DNA of 64,000 nucleotides from Candidatus Krumholzibacteriia bacterium. GTDB lineage: Bacteria > Krumholzibacteriota > Krumholzibacteriia > Krumholzibacteriales > Krumholzibacteriaceae. Positions within the stretch are counted from its first letter, which is position 1. Each line of letters starts with the position of its first letter. Under the pieces are notes generated by a model. It saw only the letters and a list, made by a program, of their open reading frames with translations. It did no database searches and had not been told where the DNA came from. Both the position numbers and the translations under genes were made by a program. Where the stretch lies: positions 224,001 through 288,000 of the forward strand of contig CAWIIQ010000002.1 in assembly GCA_963836185.1 (NCBI GenBank). The letters are read 5' to 3'. Of this stretch, positions 19,533 to 30,396 are shown in pieces.

Positions 19533-19762
19533 TCTCTTCCCCTAAAGAAAAAATAAGTTTTGCTTAAGGCACAGCCGTCATGCCTTTCTTGATGCACCTG
19601 CATTGTATCACAGTTCAGGGCAGTTTACAATGATTATTGTAAACGGATTTTGACACTGCTGGAAGCCCGAAAAACATGCTGGACAGGTGTCCGGAGAAGA
19701 AAATGTGATGTGATTGAGTGCATGGGTAACATGCACTAATACAGGGAGTTAGCGGCTATTGC

Positions 19763-20797
19763 CTAGAACGCGAGGATCGTCCCGAGGCTGAATCCCCAGG
19801 CGTTCTGGCCTTCGACAGGCAGGAATGTCCAGAAGAGGCCTGAGTTGACAGCGTTATACCGGGCGTTCTCCTGGTTCAGGGTAAACGCTCCGGCAAGGAA
19901 GAATAGTGCGGATTCACTGAGGACATAGTCGATACTTCCGGCAAACATGTTGCCACCGGAATGATCGATATCGGAACGTCCGGCAGTTCCCACATATTTT
20001 GTCCTCAGGTTCCACTTCTCCCGGAGATAATATCTGCTGCCGAGTACCCAGGAGTATTTCTGGACATCGCTGTATCCAAGGAAATTACCGATTCCCTCAA
20101 GCAGGCCGAAGAAGGACCACGATTCGATGCGCCAGGCCGCGGCCGCCCTCAGTCCATATTCATTGGCTTCCGACGGCGTCGAATCGTTGACCGCCGTCAT
20201 CATCTTTCCATGGATCTCGCCAGCCGCCCACATGTAGAGCCCGCCGACCTCGTATTCGGCGCTTGCGCTGAGCAGGTCGGTGCCTTCCTGCCCGGATTCG
20301 GTCTTGTAGAGTATCTTGTATCCCGCCTTGTATTCGGGGGGGCTTTCGTACATCACCATCCGGTTGGTCCTTAGATCGAAGCCTCCACCGAAGGAGCCGA
20401 TGAGGTTTCTGCTGTCTCCGAAGCGGTTCAGGAATGCGTCTGTCTTGTTGTTGGTCATTTTGTATGGTGAGTCGTGACGGCCGAATTTTATTGTACCGTA
20501 CTGGCCGGTAAATCCGACGAAAGTGTTTCTCGTCGCGAAATCATCTCCGGACAGATCGAACCGGACCCTCGATTCTATCTGCCAGATCGCCTTGTAATCT
20601 TCAGTGAGGATAAAATGCCCCCTGAATCCCAGGCGCGAGTTGCTGCTGGTAATGCCGAGATATCCATCATCGCCGTTGTTGGCGTAATCAGTCGACATGA
20701 TGATCTTGCCGTAGATGGTAACGGGGCTGATCTCGACTGCTTCTGAAGAGGATACAAGGAGTGAGGAGACGAGGACTGCCAGGATGAGGGCGCGCAT
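19763..20797 (-). CDS. Gram-negative porin family protein
   Basis: Signal peptide, VTIYGKI, SSNSRLGFRG, AIWQIES, RNTFVGFTGQYGTIKFGRHDSPYK, terminal Phe. Confidence 0.88.
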   Translation of the reverse strand: MRALILAVLVSSLLVSSSEAVEISPVTIYGKIIMSTDYANNGDDGYLGITSSNSRLGFRGHFILTEDYKAIWQIESRVRFDLSGDDFATRNTFVGFTGQYGTIKFGRHDSPYKMTNNKTDAFLNRFGDSRNLIGSFGGGFDLRTNRMVMYESPPEYKAGYKILYKTESGQEGTDLLSASAEYEVGGLYMWAAGEIHGKMMTAVNDSTPSEANEYGLRAAAAWRIESWSFFGLLEGIGNFLGYSDVQKYSWVLGSRYYLREKWNLRTKYVGTAGRSDIDHSGGNMFAGSIDYVLSESALFFLAGAFTLNQENARYNAVNSGLFWTFLPVEGQNAWGFSLGTILAF

Positions 20798-20969
20798 TTC
20801 AGGACCTCTGTTCCATGTTCAGGATCGCCGGTCTATTCCGGCATGATGTCTTTCCTCGAAACTAACGAAGCCAGTTACTTCAGGCAAGAATAAATGAGCC
20901 CTCAATGGTAATGGTTGTCCGGCCGCAGGGTGTTGTATATACTCCCGGTCATATTCTTGCGAAGGAGTC

Positions 20970-22559
20970 ATGTTGGGCGGTATCGAGAGACGTTCATTAT
21001 ACGCGAGGTGGAGAGCGGAGATCTTTGCCGGGATCGGCGGCGGATTACTGCTGGCCCTTTCATTTCCCCCTTATCCGACTCGACTGCTGGCGCTTCTGGC
21101 TCTCGTCCCGGTCTTCAGGTATTTCCTCATCATCTTTCCTTCATATGGGGGGAAAAAAGGACGGCTCAAGAGGGGGTTTCTCACCGGGTGGTTCTTCGGT
21201 ATCACATTCTTCCTCGTGCTGCTCTTCTGGATCCCGGATCTTATCCCTGCCTCGAGCGTAAATCTCAGGTGGGTCCTGACGCCGGCCCTGCTCCTTCTCG
21301 TGATGTACCTCGGGTTGTACTCGGGGCTCTTTACACTGGCCATCGCCGCTCTGCACGGCCGGATCGGCAGGAGAGCGCTGCTGGCAGCGCCGGCTCTCTG
21401 GGCCTTCGCCGAGTATCTCAGGTCGAGCGGGGAGCTCGCCTTCTCGTGGGGCAATATAGCGGGAGCGCTCCTGAAGTATCCGATCGCGTCGCAGTCCCTT
21501 TTCGCAGTTGGGCCTTTCGGGTCAGCCATGCTGATAGTCGCGGTGAACCTGCTCGTCGCTTCGATCCTGTTCATCAGGGAGCGGGGCAGGAGGATACAGG
21601 CGGCTCTGCTTCTTGTCCTGCTTATCGCCGGAGCCCTGGCCGGCGGCCATTTCAGGATCCGTCGAATCGACGCGGAGATCGAGGCAGTCGACCAGCCGGC
21701 AAATGTCGCGGTCGTCCAGCCGAACCTCGACCTGGCGATCAAATGGAAGCCTGTTTACAGGGATACGATATTTACCGAGATCGAGGAACTGACCGGCAAG
21801 GCGGCGGCACTGGGAGCGAGGCTGGTCATATTCCCCGAGACGGCAGCGCCCGTCTCGATGAGCCATACGCGAAAATACAGGGAATGGATGAGGGACATCT
21901 CGAGGGAAGCAGGCGTAGATCTGTATATCGGATACATCAGGCATATCCAGGAGGGCGAGAGGTGGCGCTCGTTCAACTCCTCGGGAATGTTCAACCGAAA
22001 CGGAAACCTTGTCCAGCAGTATGACAAGATCAATCTCCTCCAGTTCGGTGAGAGGGTGCCTTTCAGCGGCTGGCTCCCTTTTCTCGAGAGGATGGATTTC
22101 GGGCAGGCCAACTTCAAACGCGGCGAGGATCAGACTATCTTTGAATCCCCCGTCGGTAGATTCGGATCGCTGATATGCTTCGAGTCGACATACTCAGGTT
22201 ATTCGAGGGACTATGTGAATCTCGGGGCCGATTTCCTCGTGAATATCACGAACGACGGCTGGTTCGGCGGAGCTCGCGGTCCCCTGCAGCACAGTGAATC
22301 CGCCATTCAGAGGGCGATAGAGAATGGGGTGACGGTGCTTCGCTCGGCTAATACGGGTATCTCGATGCTGATCGATCCGGCAGGGCGGGTAGTCGAGTCG
22401 ATCGGCCTGGACAGGGAGGGGATGCTCCTCGTCTCCGTTCACAAACTCTCGTCCCGGACCCCATACACGCTTTACGGGCAGAAAATATTCTTCGGGATGG
22501 TTATCCTGAACATAATCTTCACATTTGCGTGGGCAGTCATTTCGGATCGCAGAAGATAG
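20970..22559 (+). CDS. lnt: Apolipoprotein N-acyltransferase
   Basis: TM N-terminal part; VVQPN, FPETA, YDKINLLQFGE, LICFES, NITNDGWFG, RSANTGIS. Confidence 0.95.
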   Translation: MLGGIERRSLYARWRAEIFAGIGGGLLLALSFPPYPTRLLALLALVPVFRYFLIIFPSYGGKKGRLKRGFLTGWFFGITFFLVLLFWIPDLIPASSVNLRWVLTPALLLLVMYLGLYSGLFTLAIAALHGRIGRRALLAAPALWAFAEYLRSSGELAFSWGNIAGALLKYPIASQSLFAVGPFGSAMLIVAVNLLVASILFIRERGRRIQAALLLVLLIAGALAGGHFRIRRIDAEIEAVDQPANVAVVQPNLDLAIKWKPVYRDTIFTEIEELTGKAAALGARLVIFPETAAPVSMSHTRKYREWMRDISREAGVDLYIGYIRHIQEGERWRSFNSSGMFNRNGNLVQQYDKINLLQFGERVPFSGWLPFLERMDFGQANFKRGEDQTIFESPVGRFGSLICFESTYSGYSRDYVNLGADFLVNITNDGWFGGARGPLQHSESAIQRAIENGVTVLRSANTGISMLIDPAGRVVESIGLDREGMLLVSVHKLSSRTPYTLYGQKIFFGMVILNIIFTFAWAVISDRRR

Positions 22560-22585
22560 TCTTCACAAGTTTTTTTGTAGAGAAT

Positions 22586-22619
22586 AAAAAAGGGAGCGCT
22601 CCTGCGAGCGCTCCCTTTT
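22586..22619. terminator. Bidirectional terminator
   Basis: AAAAAAGGGAGCGCTC-CTGC-GAGCGCTCCCTTTT between convergent genes. Confidence 0.85.
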
Positions 22620-22648
22620 ACGTCCAGATTTTTATAATCCGGCGGATG

Positions 22649-23479
22649 CTACTTGTGCATCTGCTTGATCGAACCCCAGGAGCTTTCCTCGGTAGCCGCC
22701 GCGGCCTTGTCGAGAGTGGAGGTACCCTCGATTGAAAGCATCACGTCAGGCGTATCGCAGTAGCAAGGGGTCTGGTTGTAATCCTTAAGCTCGTTCTTGA
22801 TCGCCACGCACATATCCTTCAGGTCGCCGGCCGGCTTGCTGAAGAGGCCATACGTGCAGAGGTAGTCGTCGCCGTCGTTGATCGCGCCCATGATGTAATC
22901 GTCAGCGCCGTACAGTACGTTGAGCTTCGCGGCGAGGAGGTGATGGAACATCTTGATCGTCAAGTCGCCCCTTGTCGGCATATCAAGGATCCTGAGCAAC
23001 TGGCTCTGTGAGTATTCGACGCAGCCGACCGTCAGTTCCGTTACCGGCCAGTATTCCTCGTGGTTCTTCCAGTATCCGGGTGTGTACATGCAGGTCGTAG
23101 GCATGCACTCACAGGTGAGGTATGCCTCATACCGCTTTACCCCTGGACCATACTGTCCGATCCACTGCGTATAGAGATACACCTTATAGTCTCCGCACAG
23201 CTCCGTGCCCCATTCATCCCCGATGAGGAATTCAGCGCCATCGATTTCGAAGATGGTACCGGTGCCGGTATAGGTCTGGACCGTATCCTCACCCTGGATC
23301 AGGGAGATCCTGTAGTAATAATCGATATGGTCCCAGGATCCGAAATGCATGATGCCGCCTATGGTCCATCCATAGCAGTCGGCGGTCACTTCAACAGGAT
23401 CGGGGCCGACGGCGAAAACGGCGGAAGAGACTGAAAGGAGAAGTAGAGCTGTCAGCAATACTACAGCATTGCGCTTCAT
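22649..23479 (-). CDS. Secreted Cys-containing protein with C-terminal SSWGSIK motif (paralog 1)
   Basis: Signal peptide MKRNAVV..AVFA; YTPGYWKNH..WP domain; ends EESSWGSIKQMHK. Confidence 0.8.
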   Translation of the reverse strand: MKRNAVVLLTALLLLSVSSAVFAVGPDPVEVTADCYGWTIGGIMHFGSWDHIDYYYRISLIQGEDTVQTYTGTGTIFEIDGAEFLIGDEWGTELCGDYKVYLYTQWIGQYGPGVKRYEAYLTCECMPTTCMYTPGYWKNHEEYWPVTELTVGCVEYSQSQLLRILDMPTRGDLTIKMFHHLLAAKLNVLYGADDYIMGAINDGDDYLCTYGLFSKPAGDLKDMCVAIKNELKDYNQTPCYCDTPDVMLSIEGTSTLDKAAAATEESSWGSIKQMHK

Positions 23480-23672
23480 AAGAGTCCTGCCTTTCAAACG
23501 GTTAGAAATAGAGAGAGCCGATTTAACAGTTTCGCAGATTTAGTAGTCTCGCAACTGTGTAAATTATACCAGAAACCGGGGAGTAGGGTCAATACCTTAT
23601 ATATCCGGCAATATTTGGAACTCATTATTAACGAGAGGCTTAGAGATATATAAAAATTATTGGATCGGTACT

Positions 23673-23704
23673 GGAAAGGAGCGCCCGGATGAGCGCTCCT
23701 TTCC
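23673..23704. terminator. Terminator-like hairpin related to the one at 22586
   Basis: GGAAAGGAGCGC / GCGCTCCTTTCC stem just downstream of paralog 2. Confidence 0.6.
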
Positions 23705-23732
23705 TTTTCTGACATTGCAGGTGCTGTGGACA

Positions 23733-24554
23733 CTATCTGTGCATCTGCTTGATCGAGCCCCAGGACTTCTCTTCCGCATCTTCAGGCATATCTTCGATAC
23801 TCTCTATGGAGAACAGAGGAGCAGTAGAATACGCGGCATCACACGGCCGCCAGTTATAGGCGAACAGATTCGCCAGTATTGTAAAGCCCAGTCTCCAGTC
23901 CGTGAAACATACCCTGCTTCCGATCGGATACTTGCAGAGGAACTTGTCTCCTGCGTCGATCCAGGGCTGGATGTAATCATCCGCGCCGTTGACAACGTTG
24001 AGCTTGGCGGCTATCAGCTGGCGGGAGACGGCCACTGTCAGGCTGATGAAGGGCCGCATCCCGAGTATCTTGAGCAGTTCGTCCTTCGAGTAGCTCCTGC
24101 AGCCGATGGTCAGTTCGTCGGCCGGCCACATCGCCTCATTCTTCAACCAGTATATCGCCGGGTAGTTGCAGACCGGGCCGCATTCACAGGTAAACGGCAG
24201 CTCGAATCTCAGCACGCCGGGGCCGTATTGTCCGATCCACTGCGAGTAGATGTATGCAGTATAGTCCCCGCAGAGTTCCATGTCCCACTCACCTTCGATG
24301 ACGAACTCGGGGTCGCCCGTGTCGTATACCGTGCCCGTGCCGGTATAGGTCTGGATCGTATCGCCATCCTTGATCAGGGATACCCTGTAGTAATAGTCGA
24401 TATGATCCCAGGACCCGAAATGCATGATCCCACCCATGCTCCAGCCGGTGCAGTCGACATCGGCCTCAAGCGGATCCGGGCCTACGGCGAATACGGCGGA
24501 AGAGATTGAAAGGAATAGGAGGACAGCCAGCGATACTAGAACAGTTCGCTTCAT
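23733..24554 (-). CDS. Secreted protein with C-terminal KSWGSIK motif (paralog 2)
   Basis: Shares long identical stretches with paralog 1 (GGIMHFGSWDHIDYYYR, ELCGDY, QWIGQYGPGV); ends EEKSWGSIKQMHR. Confidence 0.8.
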   Translation of the reverse strand: MKRTVLVSLAVLLFLSISSAVFAVGPDPLEADVDCTGWSMGGIMHFGSWDHIDYYYRVSLIKDGDTIQTYTGTGTVYDTGDPEFVIEGEWDMELCGDYTAYIYSQWIGQYGPGVLRFELPFTCECGPVCNYPAIYWLKNEAMWPADELTIGCRSYSKDELLKILGMRPFISLTVAVSRQLIAAKLNVVNGADDYIQPWIDAGDKFLCKYPIGSRVCFTDWRLGFTILANLFAYNWRPCDAAYSTAPLFSIESIEDMPEDAEEKSWGSIKQMHR

Positions 24555-24786
24555 AAGAATCCACCCCTTCAACAGGTTACAGGGAAAAAATAAATTTATC
24601 CGAATACTGAGCCTGGGTAGATTATACCAGATATCGATGCGCCAGGTCAATAGTGCAGCGACGGGGTTAGCGGATCAACTTCCATTTCTGCAATGTGTTA
24701 TGGAAAATATCATGGAAAGATATTCAAGACAGCCTATGAAAGCAGTTGAATATTCAGCGGCTATATGATGATGTCTACCGTATATC

Positions 24787-25440
24787 ATGGAATCTGGAGA
24801 GAAGAATAAGTGGAGCACTGAAGGGCATGCGCCCGAGGAGACCCCTGAGCCCGGCACGCACGCGAACTACCACCGGAAGCTCTGGCACTTCGCCAGCGGG
24901 GCCGTCGTGGTAGCCGCACTGGTGATCTTCGCGCCGTCGAAGAGATGGGCGATCGTGATCCTCGCCGCGGGGCTCGCTCTGATGATCGCCATCGATCTTG
25001 CCCGCTTCTTCAGCCGAAGGGGGAAGAAGCTCTTCTGGAAGCATCTCGGTTTTCTCACCTCGGTCAAGGAGAAGAAGGGACCGACGACCTCCCTCTACTA
25101 TGCGGCCTCTCTTCTGCTCTGTGTCCTTATATTCCCGGTCTATGCCGCTGTCGGCGGAGTGATCAGCCTCGCGGCGGGCGACCCGGTCGCCGCTATAGTG
25201 GGGCGAAGGTACGGGAAGCTGAGGATCGGAGGCAAGAGTATAGAGGGCGGCCTGGCAAACGCGGTCCTGGCTTTCTGCCTTATATTCATCTTCGTCAGGT
25301 CGGTGCCGGTCGCGGCGTCGGGGGCGCTTGCCGGGGCGTTCGTCGAGATGTTCGAGATACCTTACCTGGACGACAACATCACCGTTCCACTCGCCGCCGG
25401 CGGGGCGATGGTCGCAGTCGTACATTTTTTCGGGATGTGA
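24787..25440 (+). CDS. Phytol/dolichol kinase-like membrane protein (SEC59/DGK1/VTE5 family)
   Basis: RKLWH, GDPVAAIVGRRYG, GKSIEG, DDNITVP. Confidence 0.85.
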   Translation: MESGEKNKWSTEGHAPEETPEPGTHANYHRKLWHFASGAVVVAALVIFAPSKRWAIVILAAGLALMIAIDLARFFSRRGKKLFWKHLGFLTSVKEKKGPTTSLYYAASLLLCVLIFPVYAAVGGVISLAAGDPVAAIVGRRYGKLRIGGKSIEGGLANAVLAFCLIFIFVRSVPVAASGALAGAFVEMFEIPYLDDNITVPLAAGGAMVAVVHFFGM

Positions 25441-25461
25441 CCGCCGGGCCCGATCGATCCA

Positions 25462-26765
25462 TCAGAACATCGTGCCTATATCGAAGAACCAGCGTCCCTT
25501 CGGGTCCATCGGCCAGGCGTATCCGAATTTGATCAGCCAGCCTTCCTTTACGATGAAACTCATCGCCAGTCCGGCCCCGCTGTAGAAGAGATCGGTGGTA
25601 AGGGTCTCGTCATTGTCCCAGGCTGCGCCGGTGTCGACGAAGACGCTCATGTCGACGAGGATCATCGGGTTGCCGAGCTCGGAGAGCTCCCTGAAGTTCA
25701 GAGGTACGCGAAGGTCGGTGCGGATCAGGGCACTGTTTTCCCCGTAGAAGATGCCGAACTCGTGTCCCCTGATCGTCGAGGTCCCGCCGAGGTGTTCGTA
25801 GAGGTAGGCGGGGATGCCCGCCTCGTTGATCGCGCTTCTCGCGTTACACGAAAAGAGGGGCCGGCCGAGGTCGAGGAACACTGTCCCGTCGACAAAGAGC
25901 CTCGTGGTTGAAAACGCCGGGTCGCTCTGCAGGAGCCCCCAGCTCTTTACCGCCGCCCCTATATGGACACCGGACTCGGGGTAGAAGATCCTGTCGAGCC
26001 GAGAGAAATTCAACCCGGTGCCTGATCGTGAACAGGGTGCCGCTCGGAGCGCCGGGGACGCCGCCCTCGCCCTGGCCCTCCAGCATCGGGTCGCCCGCGC
26101 TGATGACGTCGAGGCCCGGGTCGAGGAAAAGCGTGAATCCGTCGGCGATCCTGAATTTGAATGCGAGAGACCCTTCGAACCACTTTATCCTGTCGTCGAC
26201 CATGAACTGCTCGAACGAGGGGTAGGGCCAGTGGTATCCCCGGTATCCCGCCAGTATCCCCGCGCTGAGCCTTTCTATCCCGAAGACCCGCGGCTTCATC
26301 CACTTCGCCTGCAGGATCAGGGCGCCATGCACCATTGCCGAGAGATAGAGCTGCTCATTTTTTCCGCGCAGGTTGGTCTCGTTGAAGGCGGCGCCGAAGG
26401 CGATCTTGTCGGCGAAGTTCCTGTTGATCCGCGGGTAGATGGACCATGTCCTCTCCTCCTCGGTGATCATCAGCAGGATGAAGACTCCGCGCCCCTCGCT
26501 GTCGAAATTGAGTTTGTGGGAGGCGTAGCGGACACCTGAGAGTTTTTTTACCCGTGAAATGCCCTCCTGCACAGCGTCGTGCGTGCAGGTATCGCCCACG
26601 GCGAGGCCGAACTCGCTGACGACAAGGCCGCGGTCGATGCCGTAATTGCCGTAGACGGCGATTCCGAGGATCGGTCTGTCCCTCACCTCTGTACGCGCCG
26701 GCGGGGGTGGAGAGGAGGATCAGCGCGGCGAACGCTGCTGCCATTCTGAATACCGTATCTTTCAT
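25462..26765 (-). CDS. Omp85/BamA-TamA family outer membrane protein with one POTRA domain (frameshifted)
   Basis: Signal peptide; POTRA-like IAVYGN; NETNLRGKNE; LGGTSTIRG; FVDTGAAW; terminal IGTMF; split over three frames. Confidence 0.78.
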
Positions 26766-26955
26766 GATATGTCCCGCCGCCCCTGAGTCATCGTGTGTTC
26801 TGTTTCCTGCCCTCCGAGAGTAATCGGGGACGGCTCCACGGTCAACACCATACGTTGTCCGGGATAATTCGGTTGTCGAGTGCCCCCTGCATCAATTAAA
26901 ATCCTGCCGTCGCGACAGAAGGCCGCGACATCGGAAGATATCAGAGGTGGCGTCG

Positions 26956-27474
26956 ATGTACCTGGATCTTTTCATGGCTTTTCTTCGCGTCGGGCTCTTC
27001 GGCTACGGAGGGGGGCAGGCGATGCTTCCGCTGATCGAAAAGGAGGTCGTCGAGAACTACGGCTGGCTGACTGGCGAGCAGTTCATCGATGCGATCGCCA
27101 TGGCCAGCACGCTTCCGGGTCCGATCGCGACGAAGATGGCGCTCAGTATCGGCCTTCAGGTAGGCGGGCCGTTCGGAGCATTCATAGCGATCGGGGCGAT
27201 GCTTCTCCCGTCGAGCGTCCTGATCATCATCTTTACGGTTCTCTATTACAAATACAAGCATCTCACTTCGGTGCAGAGCATCATCCGGGGCGTGCGTCCT
27301 GTCGTAATCGCGCTGCTGCTCGTAACGGTGGCTCATCTTGCCCCGAGAGCGGTATTCTCGTGGGATACATTCGTTATCTCGCTGGCGGCCTTCGTCATCG
27401 TCTTCTTCTTCAAGGTACATCCGATATACACGATAGCGGCGGCGGCGCTGATCGGGTTCTGGTTCTATCGCTGA
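26956..27474 (+). CDS. Short-chain chromate transporter (ChrA family)
   Basis: GLFGYGGG, WLTGEQFIDAIAMASTLPGP. Confidence 0.9.
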   Translation: MYLDLFMAFLRVGLFGYGGGQAMLPLIEKEVVENYGWLTGEQFIDAIAMASTLPGPIATKMALSIGLQVGGPFGAFIAIGAMLLPSSVLIIIFTVLYYKYKHLTSVQSIIRGVRPVVIALLLVTVAHLAPRAVFSWDTFVISLAAFVIVFFFKVHPIYTIAAAALIGFWFYR

Positions 27475-27509
27475 CCGCTTTCTTCAGATCTTCTCAGAGG
27501 TGAAACGTT

Positions 27510-28733
27510 ATGGATGAAATGGAAAGGGGCTATCTGTCGGATCCCCTTCAGGGCGACTTTACGGCAAAGGTGACCAAGGCGGAGGATGCGGGCGACGGAG
27601 TGAGGAAGATCTGGCTCGACAGGACGCTTTTCTACCCGGAGTCGGGCGGGCAGCCCGACGACCGGGGCACACTCGGGGGATTCAAGGTCGAATGCGGTGA
27701 GCGAGGATGATTCCGGCGTCTGTCATCTCGTCAAGGGCGCACTCAGGTCGGCGACGAGATCAACGGTCACGTCGACATGGCGAGGCGCTTCGATCACATG
27801 CAGCAGCATACCGGCCAGCACATCCTCTCGCGTATCTTCGTCTCGCTAGGCGGCCTGATGACCGTCGGCTTCCATCTCGGGGAGAAGGCGAGCACGATCG
27901 ACCTGAGCGGCGCGGCGTCTGAAGAGATGATCGCGAAGGCAGAGAGGGAAGCGAACGCCGTAGTCTTCCAGGACCTCCCGGTCCTCGCGAGGATCGTATC
28001 CCGCGATGAGTACGAATCGGCGAAGGAGGATGGAGACGGCGTAAGGTCGAGGCTCCCCGAAGGGGTAGGCAGCATCCGCATCGTCGAGATAGAGGATACC
28101 GACAGCTCGACCTGCTGCGGCACACACTGTCTTTCGACGGGGATGGTCGGGACTATCAAGATAACAGGCAGAGAGAATGTCAGGGGGGGGACGCGTGTCG
28201 AGTTTCTCTGCGGAGGCAGGTCTCTCGGCGATTACAGTGAAAAGCACGCCCTGCTGGCGGCTCTCGGGAGCGAGATGAGCACCGACTGGCGCGAGCTCGG
28301 CAGCATAACGGAGAAACTCGTTTCGGAGAACAAGACGCTGCGCAGGGAACGGGACGCGCTGTCCAGAGAGCTTGCCGGATACAGGGCGGCTGAGGTCGGA
28401 GAGCCGACAGGCGAGCTCGGCGGCTACGGACTGGTGAGGAAGACATTCGATACCGGTGATCCGGGCGAAGTCAGGGAAATGGCGACGAAGATCAAGGGAT
28501 CGGGGCAAAAGATAGTCCTGTTCGGGATAGTCTCTCCGGCTCCGGGACTGGTATTCGCCTGTGATCCGTCGATACAAGCCGATATGGGTTCTGCTCTGAG
28601 GGAAGCCGCCTCGGTCATCGGCGGAAAAGGAGGGGGCGGGAAAGATTTCGCCCAGGGCGGAGGGGGCGATCCCTCGAAGATGGAGGCGGCCCTTGATGCC
28701 GCCGAGAAGATGATTCGGGAGGCTCTCGAGTGA
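27510..28733 (+). CDS. Alanyl-tRNA editing protein (AlaX-like with DHHA1), frameshifted near 27700
   Basis: [41 protein letters not shown]. Confidence 0.88.
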
Positions 28734-29378
28734 TGGACGATCCGCGAGAGGTAAACAGGGGCGGACGCGATGAGATGGTAAGGACCCAGATCGCCGGGCG
28801 GGGCATCTCTGACGCCAGGGTGCTCGCCGCGATGCGCGAGGTGCCGCGGGAGCTTTTCGTAAGGCCGGAAGATCATCGCGCCGCCTTCCACGACGGCCCG
28901 CTTTCGATCGGGCACGGACAGACGATCTCACAGCCATACATAGTCGCGTATATGACCGAGTTGCTCGGAGATCGGCGAGGGTGACCGCGTCCTAGAGATC
29001 GGGACAGGATGCGGCTACCAGACTGCCGTACTCGCCGAACTGGCCGGTACGGTCTATACCGTTGAGATCATCCCCGAGCTATCCGGTCGGGCGCGGGAGA
29101 CACTCACCGCGATGGGATACTCCAATATCGAGTTCAGGACAGGGGACGGCCGGGATGGATGGCCCGGTGAGCCGCCCTTTGACGCGATCATCGTAACCGC
29201 GGCGCCGGAGAATGTGCCTCGGGACCTGAAGGACCAGCTCGCCGAGGGAGGAAGGCTCGTGATACCGGTGGGCACCTCGGTCCAGTACATCCACAGGATC
29301 GTCCGCAGCGGCGAAGGATTCGACGACGAGGGATTGCTGGCGGTGAGATTCGTTCCCCTGACGGGCAGATCTGAATGA
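28733..29378 (+). CDS. pcm: Protein-L-isoaspartate O-methyltransferase, frameshifted near 28975
   Basis: [45 protein letters not shown]. Confidence 0.9.
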
Positions 29379-29415
29379 CAGGCAGGATGACATATAAAGG
29401 CGGGAGGATACAGGT

Positions 29416-30355
29416 ATGACCGGTATATATTACCACGATCTCTTCGGCCGGCATCTCGAGGGGTACGGACATGTCGAGAGCCCGGGGCGGTACATGGCCA
29501 TCATGGAGCGGTTGAGGAACTGTCCGTTTGCCGGCAGCCTCGAGTTCATCAAGGCTGCCCCTGCGGACCTGGACGTTATAAAGGCTGTCCACGAGGCCGG
29601 ATATGTCGACGGAATACTCTCGCTGGAGATCGATCAGGCCGTAGTCCTCGACTGGGGCGACACGGCGGCCACGCCCGATACGCCGCGTGCCGCGCTTCAT
29701 GCCGCCGGGGCAGGCGTGCAGGCTGCCCGGGATATCCTCGCGGGAAGGTTCGCGAACGCTTTCTGCCCAGTCAGGCCGCCCGGGCACCATGCGGAGAAGC
29801 GACCGCGCGATGGGATTCTGCCTCTTCAATAATGTCGCGGTCGCGGCGAGATGGCTGACCGGAGATGGAGGGCTCGACAGGGTCGCAATCATCGACTGGG
29901 ATATCCATCACGGGAACGGCACAGAGGGAATGTTCCTCGACGATCCGGGTGTGCTCTACATCAGTCTTCACCAGTACCCGCACTACCCCGGCACGGGCCA
30001 CTTCAACATGGTCGGCACGGGCGACGGCACCGGCTATACCCTCAACATCCCGCTCGGCGCCGGCGCGGACGATGAAAAATACAGGGCGGAATTCGAAAGC
30101 AGGCTGCTTCCCGCCCTCGATGAGTTCGAACCGGAGATGATCCTGATCTCGGCCGGGTTCGACGCACACGCCGATGACCCGCTCTCCGGAGCGATGCTTT
30201 CCACGGGGATGTATGCCGAGATGACGGAGATGCTTGCGGGAGCCGCGGACAGGCACTGCGGAGGCAGGATACTCTCTCTTCTCGAGGGAGGGTACGACCT
30301 CGACGCCCTCGCCGATTCGGTCGAGGCGCACGTCGGTGTGCTCGCTGGAAGGTAG
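29416..30355 (+). CDS. Histone deacetylase family protein, frameshifted near 29800
   Basis: RPPGHHAE, MGFCLFNNVA, DWDIHHGNGT, SAGFDAH, LEGGY. Confidence 0.92.
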
Positions 30356-30396
30356 GGCCGCGGATTCACAGGGTCCGGCTGCTGCCTTTAGAATCT

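Noticed and set aside
29771-30396. C-terminal extension of the 727-aa polyferredoxin ORF
   Set aside because: It results from a frameshift near 30580 and runs antisense through the HDAC gene; the true stop is at 30397.
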